DNA from: a virus
Lineage: Duplodnaviria > Caudoviricetes
Direction: 5' to 3' (one strand)
DNA: 60,514 bases
IMG/VR virus record: IMGVR_UViG_3300031951_000164
Coordinates: 1 to 60,514 of that record
The notes beneath the pieces are model-generated. The model was not told the DNA's origin and made no database searches. It worked only from the letters and a program-made list of their open reading frames with translations. This document shows positions 35,008-42,830 of the stretch, in pieces. How positions within the stretch are numbered: position 1 is the first letter of the stretch; the number at the start of each line of letters is the position of its first letter. Both the position numbers and the translations under genes were made by a program.

Positions 35008-35012
35008 GATGT

Positions 35013-35031
35013 TCTCCTTATATAAGCGAGA
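35013..35031 (-). promoter_or_regulatory. ROSE-like RNA thermometer hairpin sequestering the hsp20 SD
   Basis: UCUCGCUU-AUAU-AAGGAGA: UCGCU motif with bulged G pairing over the SD. Confidence 0.55.
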
Positions 35032-35108
35032 TTGTTGAAACCGACCCCAATCGGGCATCGGTGGCGAGGGAAGCCCCCCACTTCATCAGCACGCTCTAAT
35101 GAGCCGTG

Positions 35109-35522
35109 CTACTTTTTTCTTCCTATGCTGTATTTAGTCATCAGGTTGTAGTTGCCCTTATCGCGGTGACTGACAACCTTGATCTGGGACATTGGCGCTT
35201 TTGGATCAGCAGCTGCCTCTTTGTTCACGATAGCAACCAATCCCCATTCTTCTAGCAGATTGGCAATCGTGTTACGACGCGCAATGTCGGACTCGTTCAG
35301 GCTAGAAGGTTTGCCGTCCAGCTTGAACATCTCCTTGAAATGTACAATATAGTATTTGCCTCTCTTATGCAGTATATGACAAGACTGATAGAGAGTGGGC
35401 TTCTCGTTGCCGTCAGCAGTCTGCGGCTTCGACGATACGCCGATACGAGAAAGAGTTTCGGCTACTTTAAGAAAATCATCACTCTGTTGTAGTGTGACCT
35501 CGACCAATGATTCTAAATCCAT
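35109..35522 (-). CDS. regA: translational repressor RegA
   Basis: DDFLKVAETLSRIG, LYQSCHILHKRGKYYIVHFKE and RRNTIA. Confidence 0.95.
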   Translation of the reverse strand: MDLESLVEVTLQQSDDFLKVAETLSRIGVSSKPQTADGNEKPTLYQSCHILHKRGKYYIVHFKEMFKLDGKPSSLNESDIARRNTIANLLEEWGLVAIVNKEAAADPKAPMSQIKVVSHRDKGNYNLMTKYSIGRKK

Positions 35523-35554
35523 GACAAACCACCTTGTAATTATTCTACATTTTG

Positions 35555-35561
35555 TATTTAG
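35555..35561 (-). promoter_or_regulatory. T4-type late promoter variant
   Basis: CTAAATA upstream of regA. Confidence 0.45.
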
Positions 35562-35935
35562 TCAATTCGTGTTTGCTCACGAATGAACTTGAGCTGCCCT
35601 TCTGAGAGGACGCTAAGAACATCGCGAGCAGCACGCGTAGAATAACCGAAGTAGAGCTTGATCGCTTCTAGATCAGACTCCTCCTCTTTCTTGACCCACT
35701 TATTATACGAACGCTTCTTCGATCGAATGGAATGTCGAAGATAATCATACTGCATCTTGACATCGAGCATATAGTTGGCATTCATCTCATTGGCATACAG
35801 AACACAGTCTGCATGGTATGAGAGTGTCTTGTTTACTATGAACGGAAGATATGCTTTCTTTGACACACCATCGACAAGAACGTCGGTCTTGGTTTGGAGT
35901 ATACTTGGAATGATGTCTTTGAATAGATTAGTCAT
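35558..35935 (-). CDS. 62: clamp-loader small subunit (gp62)
   Basis: YLPFIVNKTLS..ANEMN..QYDY..YFGYS; synteny with regA and 44. Confidence 0.9.
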   Translation of the reverse strand: MTNLFKDIIPSILQTKTDVLVDGVSKKAYLPFIVNKTLSYHADCVLYANEMNANYMLDVKMQYDYLRHSIRSKKRSYNKWVKKEEESDLEAIKLYFGYSTRAARDVLSVLSEGQLKFIREQTRID

Positions 35936-36159
35936 CGTATAATCTCCACTTCACTTTCCGTAACAACAGCAACTCTTGCGCCACAGGGAAGCAGAGTCTT
36001 CTCGTTGCCAGAATACATCACATGACTGGGACCATGGATCTTTACTTCGTGGCAGTAGGTGTTCTTCTTACCCTGCTTTACGCTGAGAACAGGCTCATCT
36101 CTGTTATGTAGTTTATTGCCGCGAATCTTTTGTTGATTAACGTGAATGTATGTTTTCAT
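35932..36159 (-). CDS. conserved hypothetical protein
   Basis: IHVNQQKI..NTYCHEVKIHGPS..LPCGARV motif. Confidence 0.75.
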   Translation of the reverse strand: MKTYIHVNQQKIRGNKLHNRDEPVLSVKQGKKNTYCHEVKIHGPSHVMYSGNEKTLLPCGARVAVVTESEVEIIR

Positions 36160-37094
36160 TTGAACGAACACTCACACATAAGCTCGGTTACACATGCCAT
36201 CAGGTTGATCTCAGGATCAGCAACGAACGCTGCTTGATACTGATACTTCCCAAGGATAACAACGGCAATAGGAATCGTTGGCGGCTCAAGACACTCAGAC
36301 AGTCGATCATACAGCTGACGGAAGATTACGTTGGAATCGTTGTCATGATTCATCGCCACCCACTTTCGCGCTTCGTTGAAGTTCTTGCCTTTCAATGCAG
36401 CCATCAAGTCGGCAAACTTCACATCAGCATTATTGGCAAGAATACCAGAGTCAATCCTACCACGAACCGAATACCTCTGCAACTCATTCAGAGTTCTACG
36501 ATTATCTGGGAAGAACTTTGTGATGACCTCGGCAACAACCTTGGGGTCATACTCAATCTTCTCGCGATCAAGAATCTGCTGGCAACGCTTCATGAACGCA
36601 GATGCCATCTTCGCCTTGTCGCCGTTCTTGAGTTTGAAATCAATAACAGCACACCGAGAATGCAACGGTTCAATGATACGGTTTTTGTAGTTACAAGTAA
36701 AGATGAACGAACAGTTTGTAGAGAACTCTTCAATCACTCCACGGAACGCTGGCTGAGTGGAGTTGGGGTTTAGATAGTCAGCCTCATCGATAATGATAAC
36801 CTTGCGACCACCATAAAGTGAAACTGACGAGGCGAATCCTTTCACCTTTGTTCGCAGCGTATCAATACCAGTCTCGTCTGAACCATTGATGAGAATATAG
36901 TCTAGACCAATCTCATCACACAACGCTCGGGCAACGGTGGTTTTGCCAACTCCTGCTCCACCAGCAAACAACATGTTCGGAACTGTCTTGTCGTCAACAT
37001 ACTTTTGAAAGTCTGCTTTCAACGATTCTGGAAGAATGCATTCCTGAATGGTGTGAGGACGATACCTCTCCACCCACAATATTTCATCACTCAT
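36156..37094 (-). CDS. 44: clamp-loader large subunit (gp44)
   Basis: LWVERYRP, GAGVGKTT, IDEAD and SRC motifs. Confidence 0.95.
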   Translation of the reverse strand: MSDEILWVERYRPHTIQECILPESLKADFQKYVDDKTVPNMLFAGGAGVGKTTVARALCDEIGLDYILINGSDETGIDTLRTKVKGFASSVSLYGGRKVIIIDEADYLNPNSTQPAFRGVIEEFSTNCSFIFTCNYKNRIIEPLHSRCAVIDFKLKNGDKAKMASAFMKRCQQILDREKIEYDPKVVAEVITKFFPDNRRTLNELQRYSVRGRIDSGILANNADVKFADLMAALKGKNFNEARKWVAMNHDNDSNVIFRQLYDRLSECLEPPTIPIAVVILGKYQYQAAFVADPEINLMACVTELMCECSFK

Positions 37095-37111
37095 AATATA
37101 GAACTCCAAGT

Positions 37112-37369
37112 TTACATGCTAGGGAACACTTCAGAATATGTTTCTTGAAACTCCTCCTCTTCTGCTACCATTTGCTGGTATGCTTGTTTGTGGTATGCTT
37201 TGGCAAGACGCCGAGCGATCTTCGGATGCATCTCGAACTCTTCCTTGAGGTCTTGGTAGATTTCCTTCATATGATCGCGCTCGGCTTCGATGCGCGTCAT
37301 CGAGTTGCTAAGTTCAATGAACTTGTTCTTGAGATCTTTCTTTTGTTCGGAAGTCAGTGTCGTCAACAT
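37112..37369 (-). CDS. dsbA: dsDNA-binding protein DsbA-like
   Basis: ELSNSMTRIEAERD..RRLAKAYHKQ motif. Confidence 0.75.
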   Translation of the reverse strand: MLTTLTSEQKKDLKNKFIELSNSMTRIEAERDHMKEIYQDLKEEFEMHPKIARRLAKAYHKQAYQQMVAEEEEFQETYSEVFPSM

Positions 37370-37377
37370 GTCACACC

Positions 37378-38037
37378 TCAAAACTTGGTTGCATCTTTTT
37401 CGACGGCAACGAAGTAATGCACTTTCTTCGTTGTGTTCTCGAACTTCGACACTTTGGAGCAGAGCTTCACTTTGTAGTCACCGCCGAGGAGCTTGAGATT
37501 TTCGACCTTGATGGCAGTTTGAAACTCAACGTCAGTTTCGCCAACAGTGGTGGCTGCATCATCAACGATCTCGCCTTTCACATCCATGGCTGCAATTTCA
37601 ATCTTGCTACCGACGCTGCGAATCACAATGTTCGGAGTCTTGAGAACCGAAGACACAGAGAAGATCCAGTCCAGCTTGTCTGAAGGAAGATCGAACTCAA
37701 CATCATAGTTCGATACATTGATGCTCTTGTCTGGCGGAGAAAGAATGAGATTAGAAGGCGAATAACGCTGGCGAACTTTTCCTTGCGGATGGCTGATGGT
37801 CACATACTCCCCACCAAGTTCAATCTGGTTGTCCTTCGACATCGAAAGAAGACCCAGGAACTTGTGAAGATCATAGATGCCAAACTCTCGGTCGAATGAT
37901 TCAGAGATGGTCGCTTCCGCCATCAATGCCCTACTAGAGCTGATGGTGCGAAGTTGACTTCCCTCCTTAATGACTAGACCTTGGTTGATCGAAGCATAGT
38001 TCTTCAGGATCTCAACCGTTTCTTTAGACAATTGCAT
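37378..38037 (-). CDS. 45: sliding clamp (gp45)
   Basis: MQLSKETVEILKNYASINQG, FGIYDL and YFVAVE. Confidence 0.93.
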   Translation of the reverse strand: MQLSKETVEILKNYASINQGLVIKEGSQLRTISSSRALMAEATISESFDREFGIYDLHKFLGLLSMSKDNQIELGGEYVTISHPQGKVRQRYSPSNLILSPPDKSINVSNYDVEFDLPSDKLDWIFSVSSVLKTPNIVIRSVGSKIEIAAMDVKGEIVDDAATTVGETDVEFQTAIKVENLKLLGGDYKVKLCSKVSKFENTTKKVHYFVAVEKDATKF

Positions 38038-38070
38038 AATTTACACTCCATTCAGTAGAAACACAAGGAT

Positions 38071-38099
38071 ATTATAAACCATTGTACCGTTGAAGTAAA
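38071..38099 (-). promoter_or_regulatory. sigma70-type promoter for the gp45 operon
   Basis: TTTACT-17-TATAAT. Confidence 0.7.
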
Positions 38100-38115
38100 A
38101 TGGTTTCACCATGCC

Positions 38116-38211
38116 TCAGTCTTCGTTGAGGCGACAAGAATCAACAGCATCAAGGATGCCAGTGAAAAATATAAAAGAAGCGATAATCGCGCAGTACACT
38201 GTTAAAAACAT
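38116..38211 (-). CDS. small hydrophobic peptide (31 aa)
   Basis: MFLTVYCAIIASFIFFTGILDAVDSCRLNED with GAGG SD. Confidence 0.4.
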   Translation of the reverse strand: MFLTVYCAIIASFIFFTGILDAVDSCRLNED

Positions 38212-38218
38212 AAGACCC

Positions 38219-39550
38219 TCAGTTGAATAAATCTTCTAGACTTGATGATACGGAGTAGGCTCCGGGATGATATTTAGTGACTATATCTCTTCCCAGGCGA
38301 GCTTCTAGGTAATTATACCATTCTTTGTCTTCCCACATATTAGCTGAAACCCCATTCCATAAAGGTTTCCAGAGAGGGTGTTCTTGATTCAATCTGCGGC
38401 TCTCTACAAAGTTGAATCGGCAGTCTTCGTACTCTTTAGAACCAAGCTCGAGCATATTCTCTCTAAAATAGCAAACAAGAGAGATACGTTCGGCGCTCGG
38501 GTTCTTGAGTTTGATAGGAGTATTACCATGAATCACTTCATGGTTGTTGATGAGGAGAAGATCTCCTGGTCTAACATCGATCGCAATACGATATTCTGGA
38601 GCAACAAGGTATGCGCCCTCATACTCTCCACCATTAGAAACAACCAGAAGATTAGACAGACCATCGGAAAAGTCTCCTGCGTCAAGATGCGCTGCTGTTC
38701 TGAAATTCTTGTTCACAGTAATAGTCGTGAAGACGGTTTCTGGAACAAGGAACTGTGGATCAAGTTTATCTGCTGCCTTTCGTTGGTTGCTCCAACGCCA
38801 AGGAACAAGGTCTCGGAATCCTTCGTTCAGCCGCTGAAGGAAAGGAAATGACTTTTGAAAGAGATCAAAATAATCACGAGTGTAGGAAGTGGCTCGACCA
38901 TACGGAATGCGAGGATAACGATCATACCACCCAGCGATACCAGAAAAGACTGGCATGGCATACGTTGTAGCAGAGATCATTTCTTTGCTAACGACCCATG
39001 CTTCTGCTTGAGCCTGATCTTTGTTTTTCTTTACAGCATCAACCCATTTGTTGAACTCAAATCCATCTTCACACCCAGTTAGAGTTTCACCAACAGCCTT
39101 GAGTTTGCGCGCCAACCAAACCATACCTCGAGCAGATTCCAATGGCATCTTTCTGTAATGCGCACGAATGTCTTCGATTGGATCAGAACCGAATAGGTTG
39201 TCTTCAGGTTTCATCATATACTGGAGAATGTCCAGATGCTCATCCGAAACCCACTCGCGATTCTGTAACTTTCCTCCCTTCGGTCCAGCAGCCATTCCTC
39301 TGTTCTGACTTTCCCTAGCAGCTAGACGCAACCCTTCATATGCATCATCTTGATGTTGTTTCGTGAAGAAGTTCTTACGAAACTTGAAAATGACTTTGCG
39401 TTCGTCTGCCGTTGAATCAGAATCAAACCCAGAAGGCATGTATGCATCACAGTCTTCTGTGATCAACGTATCATAATTCCTTTCGTCAAGGAACTGACCG
39501 ATGAGGTGTGTTGAATCTATTTTTTTATCCGCAACAATAACTCGCACCAT
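38219..39550 (-). CDS. TET/JBP-family 2-oxoglutarate/Fe(II) dioxygenase
   Basis: SGIAGWYDR, TVFTTITVNKNFRTAAHLDAGD (HxD), IHGNT (H), ERISLVCYFRE (R). Confidence 0.85.
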   Translation of the reverse strand: MVRVIVADKKIDSTHLIGQFLDERNYDTLITEDCDAYMPSGFDSDSTADERKVIFKFRKNFFTKQHQDDAYEGLRLAARESQNRGMAAGPKGGKLQNREWVSDEHLDILQYMMKPEDNLFGSDPIEDIRAHYRKMPLESARGMVWLARKLKAVGETLTGCEDGFEFNKWVDAVKKNKDQAQAEAWVVSKEMISATTYAMPVFSGIAGWYDRYPRIPYGRATSYTRDYFDLFQKSFPFLQRLNEGFRDLVPWRWSNQRKAADKLDPQFLVPETVFTTITVNKNFRTAAHLDAGDFSDGLSNLLVVSNGGEYEGAYLVAPEYRIAIDVRPGDLLLINNHEVIHGNTPIKLKNPSAERISLVCYFRENMLELGSKEYEDCRFNFVESRRLNQEHPLWKPLWNGVSANMWEDKEWYNYLEARLGRDIVTKYHPGAYSVSSSLEDLFN

Positions 39551-39590
39551 TTCACTAACTCCTAAGAGAACACATTATTACTTATGCAGT

Positions 39591-39619
39591 ATTGTACGTT
39601 ATTGCGAGATGAATGTAAA
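39591..39619 (-). promoter_or_regulatory. sigma70-type promoter for the TET/JBP gene
   Basis: TTTACA-17-TACAAT. Confidence 0.6.
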
Positions 39620-39623
39620 TATT

Positions 39624-40283
39624 CTATGGTATTACTGTCGCCCAAGCATCAGCCCAAGACTTGGTTTCTAAAGCTCTAACGAAAGAATAGACTTGAAGAC
39701 GAAGTTCTTCTAAGGAAGATTCGTTGTTAAACGTCTCATCAACTTCAGTTCCGATCCAAGAAAATTCACTTGCATGTACATTAGGATACATCAGAGGCAT
39801 GAGTGCTTTATCTGAATCGCCTTTGTTTTGCGCCAAGGCAACATCATACCATTCTGGTTCTGGTCCTCTCTTCACTCGAATGAGCTTTCCGCCAACAGAC
39901 TTGATCATAGAAATTTCGTTGGGGAAACGAACGTCTGTTATCACATACTTCTTATCGCGATGTAAACTACGAAGAAGAGAATATACCCAAATGTTTTCGC
40001 CAAGAACATTTCTTCCTGCTTCAGTCCCAAACCGTTGGAGAATCAATCTTGGCGTGACATTATACCCAAGATGCCTCGACCAATATGCATCAGGTCGCTC
40101 TCGCCACTCTCTGGACTCTTTAGTCGATCCCTCAAGAAGCTCTCTGTCCCAACTGAATATGATGGAAACTGCATCTTTCAATGTTGAAGCGAAGCTGGCT
40201 TTTTCATAGCCAGCCTCGATCAACATACTACCGACAGTATCTTTACCGCTTCCGGCAAAACCCAAAACACCGACGATATTCAT
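39624..40283 (-). CDS. deoxynucleoside monophosphate kinase (T4 gp1-like)
   Basis: GFAGSGKDT, TPRLILQRFGTE, ITDVRFPNE and HASE motifs. Confidence 0.9.
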   Translation of the reverse strand: MNIVGVLGFAGSGKDTVGSMLIEAGYEKASFASTLKDAVSIIFSWDRELLEGSTKESREWRERPDAYWSRHLGYNVTPRLILQRFGTEAGRNVLGENIWVYSLLRSLHRDKKYVITDVRFPNEISMIKSVGGKLIRVKRGPEPEWYDVALAQNKGDSDKALMPLMYPNVHASEFSWIGTEVDETFNNESSLEELRLQVYSFVRALETKSWADAWATVIP

Positions 40284-40301
40284 GATATAGCCTCCAACGA
40301 C

Positions 40302-41099
40302 TTAGAGAGCGCCAACGTATGCAGCAACTGCCCCCATGTCACCATGGAATGCATACGTTCCGATATGATGCGTTTTCATCCACGGGCAAAGCCAGATCTG
40401 ACCGCCCATGTTTCGCCACCACTGACAGAACATATAGTCTTCTGACAGATAGCGATCGGACTTACCATGATCAATAGCAGTGTCGAAGAACGCATGAATG
40501 TACCGCGAACCGTCGAAGTTTGCTTGACCGACATGGTCTGGCTTGTACCGAAGCTCAGGATATGCTTTCTCAAACTTCTCGAACACTTCGCGCTTGACCA
40601 TCATGAATCCAGTGCCGATTTCAAGAACTTCCAGCGGCTCACCTACGCTGAACTGACCAGTACCAGCAACAGCATTGAACACATAATCGCCAGTTACTTT
40701 CTCAACTTCGCCAGGTTCAATATTAGGATTGCGCTTGATCGCTTCAACCACTGAACCCCACTTGATAGATTTCTTAGGATACGGACCTCCGTTAATCTCT
40801 TTGTCCATAGCAAGAAGAGCGACAACGTCTCGAGGATCAAAGTGGATGTCAGAATCAATAAAAAGGAGATGGCTAAAACCAGAACGAAGGAACTCATCAA
40901 CAAGGTAGTTTCTAGCTCGTGTAATAAGACTTTCGTTAAAGATGAATGAGAATCTGATTTCAATTCCATATTGGGCACACACCGATTGGAGATCGAGGCA
41001 GGATTTGATGTACATCCCGTGAGCCATACCGCCATACATCGGGGTTGCTACGAAAAGCCTCTTCTTCTGCAGATCTTCTACTTTAATTTCTAGTTGCAT
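40302..41099 (-). CDS. phage GT-A-fold glycosyltransferase-like protein
   Basis: VATPMYGG, SLITRARN, LFIDSDI (DxD), GTGFM and YLSEDYMFC. Confidence 0.75.
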   Translation of the reverse strand: MQLEIKVEDLQKKRLFVATPMYGGMAHGMYIKSCLDLQSVCAQYGIEIRFSFIFNESLITRARNYLVDEFLRSGFSHLLFIDSDIHFDPRDVVALLAMDKEINGGPYPKKSIKWGSVVEAIKRNPNIEPGEVEKVTGDYVFNAVAGTGQFSVGEPLEVLEIGTGFMMVKREVFEKFEKAYPELRYKPDHVGQANFDGSRYIHAFFDTAIDHGKSDRYLSEDYMFCQWWRNMGGQIWLCPWMKTHHIGTYAFHGDMGAVAAYVGAL

Positions 41100-41131
41100 T
41101 TTGGTACTCCATACTGTTTGAATAAGAGAAT

Positions 41132-41154
41132 GGGTGGGTCATTGCGACCCACCC
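41132..41154 (-). other. perfect 9 bp GC-rich hairpin (terminator or mRNA stabiliser)
   Basis: GGGTGGGTC-GCAAT-GACCCACCC with only a weak U tract. Confidence 0.45.
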
Positions 41155-41219
41155 TCACCTCAAGACTACATCCTGATGCTTTTATTTTTACAGGATATAA
41201 TCTATATAGTCACCTCTTA

Positions 41220-41501
41220 TTACGCAGAAAGAGCCTGCGTATAGAGAGCAGCACGACTGCGAGCAACATGCCGCGAAGCACGATTACGCAGGAATGCGCG
41301 GTTCGGAGTACCCAGACGATAGGCAAAGGTTTCTTCGCCACGGCTGGTCGTTACACGGTTGGTGTAGATGCAGAAACCTTCGTTGCGAAGGCGATACACC
41401 AGATCAGCGACATTGCTGATTTTGAACATGGTACGAGCCTGTTTGGTCGTAACTTGTTCGCCGCGAGACAGATAGCGCAGAAGAGACATACGTGCAGACA
41501 T
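41220..41501 (-). CDS. winged helix-turn-helix DNA-binding protein
   Basis: LSRGEQVTTKQARTMFKISNVADLVYRLRNEG..YRLG. Confidence 0.75.
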   Translation of the reverse strand: MSARMSLLRYLSRGEQVTTKQARTMFKISNVADLVYRLRNEGFCIYTNRVTTSRGEETFAYRLGTPNRAFLRNRASRHVARSRAALYTQALSA

Positions 41502-41530
41502 AGTTTTCACCTCAATCAATTGCCCGCATT

Positions 41531-41576
41531 AAACAAAAGGAAGGGAGTTCGCCATGCGGGCGCAACCAACTCCCCT
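41531..41576 (-). terminator. probable intrinsic terminator after the AAA ATPase
   Basis: GGGAGTT...AACTCCC stem followed by TTCCTTTTGTTT. Confidence 0.45.
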
Positions 41577-41582
41577 CATAGA

Positions 41583-42752
41583 TTATTCTTGTTCGGCAGA
41601 AGCAGGCTCAGCATCACCGATAGAGACGTTGGCGTTTTCGTCCAGCTTCTCATACAGATCAAAGAACGCAGCCTTGGTATCCGAATCGAAACGATTCAGC
41701 GCCAGAGTGATTGCTTTCTTCTTGTTCTTGAAGATAGCATATGCTTCGGCGATACGAACCAGACGACGAGTCGAAACAATCTCATCGACCGCACCCTCTT
41801 CGAACGAACGACGAATCACCTCAGCCCAGTTTACCAGCTTGGAAGCGAAGTCGTCATCCTTGATTCCGAGGGAGTTGAAGTTGTTGAGCAGAATGCTCTC
41901 TTCTACTTTTGCCTTGGGATACTCTTGCTCTACCGTGATAGCGAAACGGTCAAGGAATGCTTCGTTCAGAACGTTGGCGCCAATGAACCGACCGTCATCG
42001 CTCCCCTTGCCTTTCGTGTTAGCAGTAGCCATGATATTGAAACCACGAGCGGGATGAATCACCTCACCAGTCTTCTTGTCGAAATACGGTTTGCCTTCGA
42101 GGATAGGCTGAAGGCACAGAAGACGCTCAGAACCATAATCAGTTTCGTCCATCAGAAGTACTGCACCACGACGCATTGCTACAAGCACCGGACCTTCGCG
42201 ACGGACCGTGTTACCGTCAATGAGTTCATAAGAACCGATAAGATCGGTTTCGTCGGTCTCCTTGGTAATGTTAACACGAATCAGTTCGCGACCGAGGTTG
42301 GCGCAGACTTGTTCGATCATCAGCGTCTTGCCGTTGCCAGACAGACCCGTAACATACACAGGATAGAAGACTTTGGAAGAAATGATCTTCTTGAGGTCAG
42401 AGTAGAAACCGAAAGGAACATAGATCGGATTCTTATCGGGAACGAACGAATCGGTAACAGTAGCAGCGCGGCGAGTGGACATTTGAATCACAGGAGCAGC
42501 CATGGCAACTTCAGATACAGCCTCAGGCTCAGGTTGAGTTTGATGGGAAACGACAGGAGCAGAACCAATATAGTACATTCCGCGATCGGCGCGGTTCTCG
42601 GGCTTGAACAAAAAGCCTGGATTCGGGTAACCATTCTTGCTGGCAAATTTGGCAATATCGCATCCGCGAAGAGCAGCCGTATTCGGGAAAGCATCACGCA
42701 GTCGCTCAAGAAACATTTCTTTGGCGCCGTCGTTAGAGAAGGTCTTCATCAT
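41583..42752 (-). CDS. MoxR/CobS-like AAA+ ATPase
   Basis: GLSGNGKT, LMDE, ATANTKGKGSDDGRFIGANVLNEAFLDRF and STRRL. Confidence 0.9.
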   Translation of the reverse strand: MMKTFSNDGAKEMFLERLRDAFPNTAALRGCDIAKFASKNGYPNPGFLFKPENRADRGMYYIGSAPVVSHQTQPEPEAVSEVAMAAPVIQMSTRRAATVTDSFVPDKNPIYVPFGFYSDLKKIISSKVFYPVYVTGLSGNGKTLMIEQVCANLGRELIRVNITKETDETDLIGSYELIDGNTVRREGPVLVAMRRGAVLLMDETDYGSERLLCLQPILEGKPYFDKKTGEVIHPARGFNIMATANTKGKGSDDGRFIGANVLNEAFLDRFAITVEQEYPKAKVEESILLNNFNSLGIKDDDFASKLVNWAEVIRRSFEEGAVDEIVSTRRLVRIAEAYAIFKNKKKAITLALNRFDSDTKAAFFDLYEKLDENANVSIGDAEPASAEQE

Positions 42753-42793
42753 GTAGTCTCCGTAGAGGTAAGTTTCAATCAATCAACACAATC

Positions 42794-42822
42794 ATTATAC
42801 GCTGGTTCAACTTGAAAGTAAA
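42794..42822 (-). promoter_or_regulatory. sigma70-type early promoter
   Basis: TTTACT-17-TATAAT. Confidence 0.75.
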
Positions 42823-42830
42823 GTGAATTT

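Noticed and set aside
41094-42815. 573 aa plus-strand ORF
   Set aside because: Antisense shadow of the AAA ATPase and wHTH genes; no recognisable motifs or SD
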